Assembly (NCBI GenBank): GCA_964016885.1
Contig: OZ024742.1
Span: forward strand, 165,416,001 to 165,480,000
DNA length: 64,000 nucleotides
Direction: 5' to 3'
Source: Eledone cirrhosa
Taxonomy: Eukaryota
Shown: positions 37,960-52,400 of the stretch, piece by piece
Layout of the letters: each line of letters starts with the position of its first letter
How positions within the stretch are numbered: position 1 is the stretch's first letter
Position numbers and translations under genes: made by a program
Notes under the pieces: generated by a model
The model's database searches: none
Told to the model about the DNA's origin: nothing
What the model saw: the letters and a program-made list of their open reading frames with translations, nothing else

Positions 37960-39820
37960 TGGCTGGAAATTATCTCCCCTTGGACACTGTAAATTATAGC
38001 CCCTTGGAGGGCTGGAAATTATCTTACCTTGGACGGCTGGAAATTATCTCTGCTTGATTTTTTTTACAAATTATCTCCCCCTGATTTTTTTTTACAAATT
38101 ATCCCCCCCGATTTTTTTTACAAATTATCTCCCCCTGATTTTTTTTACAAATTATCTCCCCTTGGACGGCTGGAAATTATCTCCCCTTGGACGGCTGGAA
38201 ATTATCTCTCCTTGGACGGCTAGAAATTACCTCTCCTTGGACGACTGAAAATTATCTCCCCTTGGACGGCTGCAAATTATCTCCCCTTGATTTCTTTTAC
38301 AAATTATCTCCGCCTGATTTTTTTTTTAAAATTATCTCCCCTTGGACGGCTGGAAATTACCTCCCCTTGGACGGCTGGAAATTATCTCCCCTTGGACGGC
38401 TAGAAATTACCTCTCATTGGACGGCTGAAAATTATCTCCCCTTGGACGGCTGGAAATTATCTCCCCTTGATTTTTTTTACAAATTATCTCCCCCTGATTT
38501 TTTTTTTACAAATTATCTCCGCCTGATTTTTTTTTAAAATTATCTCTCCTTGGACGGCTGGATATTATCTCCCCTTTCATTTTTTTTACAAATTATCTCC
38601 CCCTGATTTTTTTTTACAAATTATCTCCCCCTGATTTTTTTTTACAAATTATCTACCCCTAATTTTTTTTTACAAATTATCTCCCCCTGATTTTTTTTAC
38701 AAATTATCTCCCCCTGATTTTTTTTTTACAAATTATCTCCCCCTGATTTTTTTACAAATTATCTCCCCCTGATTTTTTTTACAAATTATCTCCGCCTGAT
38801 TTTTTTAAATATTATCTTCTCTTGGCTGGCGGGAAATTATCTCCCCTTGGACGGCTGAAAATTATCTCCCCTTGGACGGCTGGAAATTATCTCCCCTTGA
38901 TTTTTTTTACAAATTATCTCCCCCTGATTTTTTTTTACAAATTATCTCCCCCTGATTTTTTTTTACAAATTATCTCCCCCTGATTTTTTTTTACAAATTA
39001 TCTCCCCCTGATTTTTTTTACAAATTATCTCCCCCTGATTTTTTTACAAATTATCTCCCCTTGGCTGGCTGGAAATTATCTCCCCTTGGAGGCTGGAATT
39101 TATCTCCCCTTGGACGGCTAGAAATTACCTCTCCTTGGACGGCTGGAAAATATGTCCTTGGACGGCTGGATATTATCTACCCTTGGACGGCTGGAAATTA
39201 TCTCCCCTTGGACGGCTGGAAATTATCTCCCCTTGGACGGCTAGATATTACCTCCCCTTGGACGGCTGGAAATTATCTCCCCTTGATTTTTTTTACAAAT
39301 TATCTCCCCCTGATTTTTTTTTACAAATTATCTCCCCCTGATTTTTTTTTACAAATTATCTCCGCCTGATTTTTTTTTACAAATTATCTCCCCCTAATTT
39401 TTTTTACAAATTATCTCTCCCTGATCTTTTTTTACAAATTATCTCCCCCTGATTTTTTTTTACCAATTATCTACCCCTGATTTTTTTTTACAAATTATCT
39501 CCCCCTTATTTTTTTTACAAATTATCTCCCCCTGATTTTTTTTACAAATTATCTCCCCCTGATTTTTTTACAAATTATCTCCCCCCGATTTTTTTTACAA
39601 ATTATATCCGCCTAATTTTTTAAATATTATCTATCCTTGGCTGGCGGGAAATTATCTCCCCTTGGACGGCTGAAAATTTTCTCCCCTTGGACGGCTGGAA
39701 ATTATCTCCCCTTGATTTTTTTACAAATTATCTCCCCCTGATTATTTTTTACAAATTATCTCCCCCTGATTTTTTTTTACAAATTATCTCCCTCTGATTT
39801 TTTTTACAAATTATCTCCCC
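37960..39820 (+). repeat. Diverged, single-copy satellite island (same A/B monomers, many private variants)
   Basis: Contains variants I did not see elsewhere: GGACACTGTAAATTATAGCCCC (~37982), TATCTTACCTTGG, CCCCTTTCAT (38571), CTGATCTTTT (39421), TACCAATTATCTACCCC, CCCCCTTATT, ATTATATCCGCC, CTATCCTTGG and AAAATTTTCTCC. Confidence 0.8.
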
Positions 39821-42800
39821 TTGGCTGGCTGGAAATTATCTCCCCTTGGAGGCTGGAATTTATCTCCCCTTGGACGGTTAGAAATTACCTCTCCTTGGAC
39901 TGCTGGAAAATATGTCTCCTTGGACGGCTGGAAATTATCTCCCCTTGGACGGCTGGAAATTATCTCCCCTTGGACGGCTGGAAATTATCTCTCCTCGGAC
40001 GACTAGAAATTACCTCTCCTTGGACAGCTGAAAATTATCTCCCCTTGGACGGCTGGAAATTATCTCCCCTTGATTTTTTTTACAAATTATCTCCCCCTGA
40101 TTTATTTTACAAATTATCTCCCCCTGATTTTTTTTTACAAATTATCTCCCCCTGATTTTTTTTACAAATTATCTCCCCCTGATATTTTTTACAAATTATC
40201 TCCCCCTGATTTTTTTACAAATTATCTCCCCTTGGCTGGCTGGAAATTATCTACCCTTGGAGGCTGGAATTTATCTCCCCTTGGACGGCTAGAAATTACC
40301 TCGCCTTGGACGGCTGGAAAATATGTCTCCTTGGACGGCTGGAAATTATCTCCCCTTGGACGGCTGGAAATTATCTCCCCTTGGACGGCTGGAAATTATC
40401 TCCCCTTGGACGGCTAGATATTACCTCCCCTTGGACGGCTGGAAATTATCTCCCCTTGATTTTTTTTACAAATTATCTCCCCCTGATTTTTTTTTACAAA
40501 TTATCTCCCCCTGATTTTTTTTTACGAAGTATCTCCCCCTGATTTTTTTTTACAAATTATCTCCGCCTGATTTTTTTTAAAAAATTATCTCCCCTTGAAC
40601 GGCTGGAAATTATCTCCCCTTGGACGGCTGGAAATTATCTCCCCTTGGACGGCTAGAAATTACCTCTCCTTGGACGGCTGAAAATTATCTCCCATTGGAC
40701 GGCTGCAAATTATCTCCCCTTGATTTTTTAACAAATTATCTCCCCCTGATTTTTTTTTACAAATTATCTCCCCCTGATTTTTTTTTACAAATTATCTACG
40801 CCTAATTTTTTTTACAAATTATCTCCCCCTGATTTTTTTTATACAAATTATCTCCCCCTGATTTTTTTTACAAATTATCTCCCCCTGATTTTTTTTTACA
40901 AATTATTTCCCCCTGATTTTTTTAAAAATTATCTTCCCTTGGCTGGCGGGAAATTATCTCCCCTTGGACGGCTGGAAATTATATCCCCTTGGAAGGATGG
41001 AAATTATCTCCCCTTGGACGGCTGGAAATTATCTCCCCTTGGACGGCTGGAAATTATCTCCCCTTGGACAGCTGGAAATTATCTGTCCTTGATTTTGTTT
41101 TTACAAATTATCTCCCCCTGATTTTTTTTACAAATTATCTCCACCTGATTTTTTAAAAAATTATCTCCCCTTGGACGGCTGGAAATTATCTCCCCTTGAT
41201 TTTTTTTACAAATTATCTCCCCCTGATTTTTTTTTACAAATTATCTCCCCCTGATTTTTTTTTACAAATTATCTCCCCCTGATTTTTTTTTACAAATTAT
41301 CTCCCCCTGATATTTTTTACAAATTATCTCCCCCTGATTTTTTTACAAATTATCTCCCCTTGGCTGGCTGGAAATTATCTCCCCTTGGAGGCTGGAATTT
41401 ATCTCCCCTTGGACGGCTAGAAATTACCTCGCCTTGGACGGCTGGAAAATATGTCTCCTTGGACGGCTGGAAATTATCTCCCCTTGGACGGCTGGAAATT
41501 ATCTCCCCTTGGACAGCTGGAAATTATCTCCCCTTGGACGGCTAGATATTACCTCCCCTTGGACGGCTGGAAATTATCTCCCCTTGATTTTTTTTACAAA
41601 TTATCTCCCCCTGATTTTTTTTTACAAATTATCTCCCCCTGATTTTTTTTACGAATTATCTCCCCCCGATTTTTTTTTACAAATTATCTCCGCCTGATTT
41701 TTTTATAAAAATTATCTCCCCTTGAACGGCTGGAAATTATCTCCCCTTGGACGGCTGGAAATTATCTCCCCTTGGACGGCTAGAAATTACCTCTCCTTGG
41801 ACGGCTGAAAATTATCTCCCCTTGGACGGCTGCAAATTATCTCCCCTTGATTTTTTAACAAATTATCTCCCCCTGATTTTTTTTTACAAATTATCTCCCC
41901 CTGATTTTTTTTTACAAATTATCTCCCCCTGATTTTTTTTTACAAATTATCTCCCCCTGATTTTTTTACAAATTATCTCCCCCTGATTTTTTTTACAATC
42001 TCCGCCTGATTTTTTAAAAAATTATCTTCCCTTGGCTGGCGGGAAATTATCTCCCCTTGGACGGCTGGAAATTATCTCCCCTTGGACGGCTGGAAATTAT
42101 CTCCCCTTGGACAGCTGGAAATTATCTGCCCTTGATTTTGTTTTTACAAATTATCTCCCCCTGATTTTTTTTACAAATTATCTCCACCTGATTTTTTAAA
42201 AAATTATCTCCCCTTGGACGGCTGGAAATTATCTCCCCTTGATTTTTTTACAAATTATCTCCCCCTGATTTTTTTTACAAATTATCTCCCCCTGATTTTA
42301 TGTTACAAATTATCTCCCCCTGATTTTTTTACAAATTATCTCCCCCTGATTTTTTTTACAAATTATCTCCGCCTGATTTTTTTAAATATTATCTTCCCTT
42401 GGCTGGCGGGAAATTATCTCCCCTTGGACGGCTGGAAATTATCTCCCCTTGATTTTTTTTACAAATTATCTCCCCCTGATTTTTTTTTACAAATTATCTC
42501 CCCCTGATTTTTTTTTACAAATTATCTCCCCCTGATTTTTTTTTACAAATTATCTCCCCCTGATTTTTTTTTACAAATCTCCCCCTGATTTTTTTATAAA
42601 TTATCTCCCCTTGGCTGGCTGGAAATTATCTCCCCTTGGAGGCTGGAATTTATCTCCCCTTGGACGGCTAGAAATTACCTCTCCTTGGATGGCTGGAAAA
42701 TATGTCTCCTTGGACGGCTGGATATTATCTACCCTTGGACGGCTGGAAATTATCTCCCCTTGGACGGCTGGAAATTATCTCCCCTTGGACGGCTAGATAT

Positions 42801-43496
42801 TACCTCCCATTGGACGGCTGGAAATTATCTCCCCTTGATTTTTTTTACAAATTATCTCCCCCTGATTTTTTTTTACGAATTATCTCCCCCTGATTTTTTT
42901 TACAAATTATCTCCGCCTGATTTTTTTTTTAAAATTATCTCCCCTTGAACGGCTGGAAATTATCTCCCCTTGGACGGCTGGAAATTATCTCCCCTTGGAC
43001 GGCTAGAAATTACCTCTCCTTGGACGGCTGAAAATTATCTCCCCTTGGACGGCTGCAAATTATCTCCCCTTGATTTTTTTAACAAATTATCTCCCCCTGA
43101 TTTTTTTTTACAAATTATCTCCCCCTGATTTTTTTTTACAAATTATCTACGCCTAATTTTTTTTACAAATTATCTCCCCCTGATTTTTTTTTACAAATTA
43201 TCTCCCCCTGATTTTTTTTACAAATTATCTCCCCCTGATTTTTTTTACAAATTATCTCCCCCTGATTTTTTTACAAATTATCTCCCCCCTGATTTTTTTT
43301 ACAATCTCCGCCTGATTTTTTTAAAAATTATCTTCCCTTGGCTGGCGGGAAATTATCTCCCCTTGGACGGCTGGAAATTATATCCCCTTGGAAGGATGGA
43401 AATTATCTCCCCTTGGACGGCTGGAAATTATCTCCCCTTGGACGGCTGGAAATTACCTCCCCTTGGACAGCTGGAAATTATCTGCCCTTGATTTTG

Positions 43497-46400
43497 TTTT
43501 TACAAATTATCTCCCCCTGATTTTTTTTACAAATTATCTCCACCTGATTTTTTAAAAAATTATCTCCCCTTGGACGGCTGGAAATTATCTCCCCTTGGAC
43601 GGCTGGAAATTATCTCCCCTTGATTTTTTTTACAAATTATCTCCCCCTGATTTTTTTTTACAAATTATCTCCCCCTGATTTTTTTTACAAATTATCTCCC
43701 CCTGATTTTTTTTTACAAATTATTTCCCCCTGATTTTTTTACAAATTATCTCCCCCCTGATTTTTTTTACAATCTCCGCCTGATTTTTTTAAAAATTATC
43801 TTCCCTTGGCTGGCGGGAAATTATCTCCCCTTGGACGGCTGGAAATTATATCCCCTTGGAAGGATGGAAATTATCTCCCCTTGGACGGCTGGAAATTATC
43901 TCCCCTTGGACGGCTGGAAATTATCTCCCCTTGGACAGCTGGAAATTATCTGCCCTTGATTTTGTTTTTACAAATTATCTCCCCCTGATTTTTTTTACAA
44001 ATTATCTCCACCTGATTTTTTAAAAAATTATCTCCCCTTGGACGGCTGGAAATTATCTCCCCTTGATTTTTTTTACAAATTATCTCCCCCTGATTTTTTT
44101 TTACAAATTATCTCCCCCTGATTTTTTTTTACAAATTATCTCCCCCTGATTTTTTTTTACAAATTATCTCACCCTGATTTTTTTTACAAATTATCTCTCC
44201 CTGATTTTTTTACAAATTATCTCCCCTTGGCTGGCTGGAAATTATCTCCCCTTGGAGGCTGGAATTTATCTCCCCTTGGACGGCTAGAAATTACCTCTCC
44301 TTGGACGGCTGGAAAATATGTCTCCTTGGACGGCTGGATATTATCTACCCTTGGACGGCTGGAAATTATCTCCCCTTGGACGGCTGGAAATTATCTCCTC
44401 TTGGACGGCTAGATATTACCTCCCCTTGGACGGCTGGAAATTATCTCCCCTTGATTTTTTTACAAATTATCTCCCCCTGATTTTTTTACAAATTATCTCC
44501 CCCTGATTTTTTTTACAAATTATCTCCGCCTAATTTTTTTAAATATTATCTTCCCTTGGCTGGCGGGAAATTATCTCCCCTTGGACGGCTGAAAATTATC
44601 TCCCCTTGGACGGCTGGAAATTATCTCCCCTTGATTTTTTTTACAAATTATCTCCCCCTGATTTTTTTTTACAAATTATCTCCCCCTGATTTTTTTTACA
44701 AATTATCTCCTCCTGATTTTTTTACAAATTATCTCCCCTTGGCTGGCTGGAAATTATCTCCCCTTGGAGGCTGGAATTTATCTCCCCTTGGACGGCTAGA
44801 AATTACCTCTCCTTGGAAGGCTGGAAAATATGTCCTTGGACGGCTGGATATTATCTACCCTTGGACGGCTGGAAATTATCTCCCCTTGGACGGCTGGAAA
44901 TTATCTCCCCTTGGACGGCTAGATATTACCTCCCCTTGGACGGCTGAAAATTATCTCCCCTTGGACGGCTGGAAATTATCTCCCCTTGATTTTTTTTACA
45001 AATTATCTCCCCCTGATTATTTTTTACAAATTATCCCCTGATTTTTTTTTTACAAATTATCTCCCCCTGATTTTTTTTACAAATTATCTCCCCCTGATTT
45101 TTTTACAAATTATCTCCCCTTGGCTGGCTGGAAATTATCTCCCATTGGAGGCTGGAATTTATCTCCCCTTGGACGGTTAGAAATTACCTCCCCTTGGACG
45201 GCTGGAAAATATGTCTCCTTGGACGGCTGGAAATTATCGCCCCTTGGACGGCTGGAAATTATCTCCCCTTGGACGGCTGGAAATTATCTCTCATCGGACG
45301 GCTAGAAATTACCTCTCCTTGGACAGCTGAAAATTATCTCCCCTTGGACGGCTGGAAATTATCTCCCCTTGATTTTTTTTACAAATTATCTCCCCCTGAT
45401 TTTTTTTTACAAATTATCTCCCCCTGATTTTTTTTTACAAATTATCTCCCCCTGATTTTTTTTTACAAATTATCTCCCCCTGATATTTTTTACAAATTAT
45501 CTCCCCCTGATTTTTTTACAAATTATCTCCCCTTGGCTGGCTGGAAATTATCTCCCCTTGGAGGCTGGAATTTATCTCCCCTTGGACGGCTAGAAATTAC
45601 CTCGCCTTGGACGGCTGGAAAATATGTCTCCTTGGACGGCTGGAAATTATCTCCCCTTGGACGGCTGGAAATTATCTCCCCTTGGACAGCTGGAAATTAT
45701 CTCCCCTTGGACGGCTAGATATTACCTCCCCTTGGACGGCTGGAAATTATCTCCCCTTGATTTTTTTTACAAATTATCTCCCCCTGATTTTTTTTTACAA
45801 ATTATCTCCCCCTGATTTTTTTTTACGAATTATCTCCCCCCGATTTTTTTTTACAAATTATCTCCGGCTGATTTTTTTTTAAAAATTATCTCCCCTTGAA
45901 CGGCTGGAAATTATCTCCCCTTGGACGGCGGGAAATTATCTCCCCTTGGACGGCTAGAAATTACCTCTCCTTGGACGGCTGAAAATTATCTCCCCTTGGA
46001 CGGCTGCAAATTATCTCCCCTTGATTTTTTAACAAATTATCTCCCCCTGATTTTTTTTTACAAATTATCTCCCCCTGATTTTTTTTTACAAATTATCTCC
46101 CCCTGATTTTTTTTTACAAATTATCTCCCCCTGATTTTTTTACAAATTATCTCCCCCTGATTTTTTTTACAATCTCCGCCTGATTTTTTAAAAAATTATC
46201 TTCCCTTGGCTGGCGGGAAATTATCTCCCCTTGGACGGCTGGAAATTATCTCCCCTTGGACGGCTGGAAATTATCTCCCCTTGGACAGCTGGAAATTATC
46301 TGCCCTTGATTTTGTTTTTACAAATTATCTCCCCCTGATTTTTTTTACAAATTATCTCCACCTGATTTTTTAAAAAATTATCTCCCCTTGGACGGCTGGA

Positions 46401-49400
46401 AATTATCTCCCCTTGATTTTTTTACAAATTATCTCCCCCTGATTTTTTTTACAAGTTATCTCCCCCTGATTTTATGCTACAAATTATCTCCCCCTGATTT
46501 TTTTACAAATTATCTCCCCCTGATTTTTTTTACAAATTATCTCCGCCTGATTTTTTTAAATATTATCTTCCCTTGGCTGGCGGGAAATTATCTCCCCTTG
46601 GACGGCTGGAAATTATCTCCCCTTGATTTTTTTTACAAATTATCTCCCCCTGATTTTTTTTTACAAATTATCTCCCCCTGATTTTTTTTTACAAATTATC
46701 TCCCCCTGATTTTTTTTTACAAATCTCCCCCTGATTTTTTTATAAATTATCTCCCCTTGGCTGGCTGGAAATTATCTCCCCTTGGAGGCTGGAATTTATC
46801 TCCCCTTGGACGGCTAGAAATTACCTCTCCTTGGATGGCTGGAAAATATGTCTCCTTGGACGGCTGGATATTATCTACCCTTGGACGGCTGGAAATTATC
46901 TCCCCTTGGACGGCTGGAAATTATCTCCCCTTGGACGGCTAGATATTACCTCCCATTGGACGGCTGGAAATTATCTCCCCTTGATTTTTTTTACAAATTA
47001 TCTCCCCCTGATTTTTTTTTACGAATTATCTCCCCCTGATTTTTTTTTACAAAGTATCTCCGCCTGATTTTTTTTTAAAAATTATCTCCCCTTGAACGGC
47101 TGGAAATTATCTCCCCTTGGACGGCTGGAAATTATCTCCCCTTGGACGGCTAGAAATTACCTCTCCTTGGACGGCTGAAAATTATCTCCCCTTGGACGGC
47201 TGCAAATTATCTCCCCTTGATTTTTTTAACAAATTATCTCCCCCTGATTTTTTTTTACAAATTATCTCCCCCTGATTTTTTTTACAAATTATCTACGCCT
47301 AATTTTTTTTACAAATTATCTCCCCCTGATTTTTTTTTACAAATTATCTCCCCCTGATTTTTTTTACAAATTATCTCCCCTTGGCTGGCTGGAAATTATC
47401 TCCCCTTGGAGGCTGGAATTTATCTCCCCTTGGACGGTTAGAAATTACCTCTCCTTGGACTGCTGGAAAATATGTCTCCTTGGACGGCTGGAAATTATCT
47501 CCCCTTGGACGGCTGGAAATTATCTCCCCTTGGACGGCTGGAAATTATCTCTCCTCGGACGACTAGAAATTACCTCTCCTTGGACAGCTGAAAATTATCT
47601 CCCCTTGGACGGCTGGAAATTATCTCCCCTTGATTTTTTTTACAAATTATCTCCCCCTGATTTATTTTACAAATTATCTCCCCCTGATTTTTTTTTACAA
47701 ATTATCTCCCCCTGATTTTTTTTACAAATTATCTCCCCCTGATATTTTTTACAAATTATCTCCCCCTGATTTTTTTACAAATTATCTCCCCTTGGCTGGC
47801 TGGAAATTATCTACCCTTGGAGGCTGGAATTTATCTCCCCTTGGACGGCTAGAAATTACCTCGCCTTGGACGGCTGGAAAATATGTCTCCTTGGACGGCT
47901 GGAAATTATCTCCCCTTGGACGGCTGGAAATTATCTCCCCTTGGACGGCTGGAAATTATCTCCCCTTGGACGGCTAGATATTACCTCCCCTTGGACGGCT
48001 GGAAATTATCTCCCCTTGATTTTTTTTACAAATTATCTCCCCCTGATTTTTTTTTACAAATTATCTCCCCCTGATTTTTTTTTACGAAGTATCTCCCCCT
48101 GATTTTTTTTTACAAATTATCTCCGCCTGATTTTTTTTTAAAAATTATCTCCCCTTGAACGGCTGGAAATTATCTCCCCTTGGACGGCTGGAAATTATCT
48201 CCCCTTGGACGGCTAGAAATTACCTCTCCTTGGACGGCTGAAAATTATCTCCCATTGGACGGCTGCAAATTATCTCCCCTTGATTTTTTAACAAATTATC
48301 TCCCCCTGATTTTTTTTTACAAATTATCTCCCCCTGATTTTTTTTTACAAATTATCTACGCCTAATTTTTTTTACAAATTATCTCCCCCTGATTTTTTTT
48401 TACAAATTATCTCCCCCTGATTTTTTTTACAAATTATCTCCCCCTGATTTTTTTTACAAATTATTTCCCCCTGATTTTTTTACAAATTATCTCCCCCCTG
48501 ATTTTTTTTACAATCTCCGCCTGATTTTTTTAAAAATTATCTTCCCTTGGCTGGCGGGAAATTATCTCCCCTTGGACGGCTGGAAATTATATCCCCTTGG
48601 AAGGATGGAAATTATCTCCCCTTGGACGGCTGGAAATTATCTCCCCTTGGACGGCTGGAAATTATCTCCCCTTGGACAGCTGGAAATTATCTGTCCTTGA
48701 TTTTGTTTTTACAAATTATCTCCCCCTGATTTTTTTTACAAATTATCTCCACCTGATTTTTTAAAAAATTATCTCCCCTTGGACGGCTGGAAATTATCTC
48801 CCCTTGATTTTTTTTACAAATTATCTCCCCCTGATTTTTTTTTACAAATTATCTCCCCCTGATTTTTTTTTACAAATTATCTCCCCCTGATTTTTTTTTA
48901 CAAATTATCTCACCCTGATTTTTTTACAAATTATCTCTCCCTGATTTTTTTACAAATTATCTCCCCTTGGCTGGCTGGAAATTATCTCCCCTTGGAGGCT
49001 GGAATTTATCTCCCCTTGGACGGCTAGAAATTACCTCTCCTTGGACGGCTGGAAAATATGTCTCCTTGGACGGCTGGATATTATCTACCCTTGGACGGCT
49101 GGAAATTATCTCCCCTTGGACGGCTGGAAATTATCTCCTCTTGGACGGCTAGATATTACCTCCCCTTGGACGGCTGGAAATTATCTCCCCTTGATTTTTT
49201 TACAAATTATCTCCCCCTGATTTTTTTACAAATTATCTCCCCCTGATTTTTTTTACAAATTATCTCCGCCTAATTTTTTTAAATATTATCTTCCCTTGGC
49301 TGGCGGGAAATTATCTCCCCTTGGACGGCTGAAAATTATCTCCCCTTGGACGGCTGGAAATTATCTCCCCTTGATTTTTTTTACAAATTATCTCCCCCTG

Positions 49401-52400
49401 ATTTTTTTTTACAAATTATCTCCCCCTGATTTTTTTTACAAATTATCTCCCCCTGATTTTTTTACAAATTATCTCCCCTTGGCTGGCTGGAAATTATCTC
49501 CCCTTGGAGGCTGGAATTTATCTCCCCTTGGACGGCTAGAAATTACCTCTCCTTGGAAGGCTGGAAAATATGTCCTTGGACGGCTGGATATTATCTACCC
49601 TTGGACGGCTGGAAATTATCTCCCCTTGGACGGCTGGAAATTATCTCCCCTTGGACGGCTAGATATTACCTCCCCTTGGACGGCTGAAAATTATCTCCCC
49701 TTGGACGGCTGGAAATTATCTCCCCTTGATTTTTTTTACAAATTATCTCCCCCTGATTATTTTTTACAAATTATCCCCTGATTTTTTTTTTACAAATTAT
49801 CTCCCCCTGATTTTTTTTACAAATTATCTCCCCCTGATTTTTTTACAAATTATCTCCCCTTGGCTGGCTGGAAATTATCTCCCATTGGAGGCTGGAATTT
49901 ATCTCCCCTTGGACGGTTAGAAATTACCTCCCCTTGGACGGCTGGAAAATATGTCTCCTTGGACGGCTGGAAATTATCGCCCCTTGGATGGCTGGAAATT
50001 ATCTCCCCTTGGACGGCTGGAAATTATCTCTCATCGGACGGCTAGAAATTACCTTTCCTTGGACAGCTGAAAATTATCTCCCCTTGGACGGCTGGAAATT
50101 ATCTCCCCTTGATTTTTTTTACAAATTATCTCCCCCTGATTTTTTTTTACAAATTATCTCCCCCTGATTTTTTTTTACAAATTATCTCCCCCTGATTTTT
50201 TTTTACAAATTATCTCCCCCTGATATTTTTTACAAATTATCTCCCCCTGATTTTTTTACAAATTATCTCCCCTTGGCTGGCTGGAAATTATCTCCCCTTG
50301 GAGGCTGGAATTTATCTCCCCTTGGACGGCTAGAAATTACCTCGCCTTGGACGGCTGGAAAATATGTCTCCTTGGACGGCTGGAAATTATCTCCCCTTGG
50401 ACGGCTGGAAATTATCTCCCCTTGGACAGCTGGAAATTATCTCCCCTTGGACGGCTAGATATTACCTCCCCTTGGACGGCTGGAAATTATCTCCCCTTGG
50501 ACGGCTGGAAATTATATCCCCTTGGACGGCTGGAAATTACCTCCCCTTGGACAGCTGGAAATTATCTGCCCTTGATTTTGTTTTTACAAATTATCTCCCC
50601 CTGATTTTTTTTACAAATTATCTCCACCTGATTTTTTAAAAAATTATCTCCCCTTGGACGGCTGGAAATTATCTCCCCTTGATTTTTTTTACAAATTATC
50701 TCCCCCTGATTTTTTTTTACAAATTATCTCCCCCTGATTTTTTTTTACAAATTATCTCCCCCTGATTTTTTTTTACAAATTATCTGCCCCTGATTTTTTT
50801 TACAAATTATCTCCCCCTGATTTTTTTACAAATTATCTCCCCTTGGCTGGCTGGAAATTATCTCCCCTTGGAGGCTGGAATTTATCTCCCCTTGGACGGC
50901 TAGAAATTACCTCTCCTTGGACGGCTGGAAAATATTTCTCCTTGGACGGCTGGATATTATCTACCCTTGGACGGGTGGAAATTATCTCCCCTTGGACGGC
51001 TGGAAATTATCTCCCCTTGGACGGCTAGATATTACCTCCCCTTGGACGACTGGAAATTATCTCCCCTTGATTTTTTTTACAAATTATCTCCCCCTGATTT
51101 TTTTTTTACAAATTATCTCCCCCTGATTTTTTTTACAAATTATCTCCGCCTGATTTTTTTAAATATTATCTTCTCTTGGCTGGCGGGAAATTATCTCCCC
51201 TTGGACGGCTGAAAATTATCTCCCCTTGGACGGCTGGAAATTATCTCCCCTTGATTTTTTTTACAAATTATCTCCCCCTGATTTTTTTTTACAAATTATC
51301 TCCCCCTGATTTTTTTTTACAAATTATCTCCCCCTGATTTTTTTTTTACAAATTATCTCCCCCTGATTTATTTACAAATTATCTCCCCCTGATTTTTTTT
51401 ACAAATTATCTCCGCCTGATTTTTTTAAATATTATCTTCTCTTGGCTGGCGGGAAATTATCTCCCCTTGGACGGCTGAAAATTATCTCCCCTTGGACGGC
51501 TGGAAATTATCTCCCCTTGATTTTTTTTACAAATTATCTCCCCCTGATTTTTTTTTACAAATTATCTCCCCCTGATTTTTTTTTACAAATTATCTCCCCC
51601 TGATTTTTTTTTACAAATTATCTCCCCCTGATTTTTTTTACAAATTATCTCCCCCTGATTTTTTTACAAATTATCTCCCCTTGGCTGGCTGGAAATTATC
51701 TCCCCTTGGAGGCTGGAATTTATCTCCCCTTGGACGGCTAGAAATTACCTCTCCTTGGACGGCTGGAAATTATCTCTCCTCGGACGACTAGAAATTACCT
51801 CTCCTTGGACAGCTGAAAATTATCTCCCCTTGGACGGCTGGAAATTATCTCCCCTTGATTTTTTTTACAAATTATCTCCCCCTGATTTATTTTACAAATT
51901 ATCTCCCCCTGATTTTTTTTTACAAATTATCTCCCCCTGATTTTTTTTACAAATTATCTCCCCCTGATATTTTTTACAAATTATCTCCCCCTGATTTTTT
52001 TACAAATTATCTCCCCTTGGCTGGCTGGAAATTATCTACCCTTGGAGGCTGGAATTTATCTCCCCTTGGACGGCTAGAAATTACCTCGCCTTGGACGGCT
52101 GGAAAATATGTCTCCTTGGACGGCTGGAAATTATCTCCCCTTGGACGGCTGGAAATTATCTCCCCTTGGACGGCTGGAAATTATCTCCCCTTGGACGGCT
52201 AGATATTACCTCCCCTTGGACGGCTGGAAATTATCTCCCCTTGATTTTTTTTACAAATTATCTCCCCCTGATTTTTTTTTACAAATTATCTCCCCCTGAT
52301 TTTTTTTTACGATCTCCCCCTGATTTTTTTTTACAAATTATCTCCGCCTGATTTTTTTTAAAAAATTATCTCCCCTTGAACGGCTGGAAATTATCTCCCC

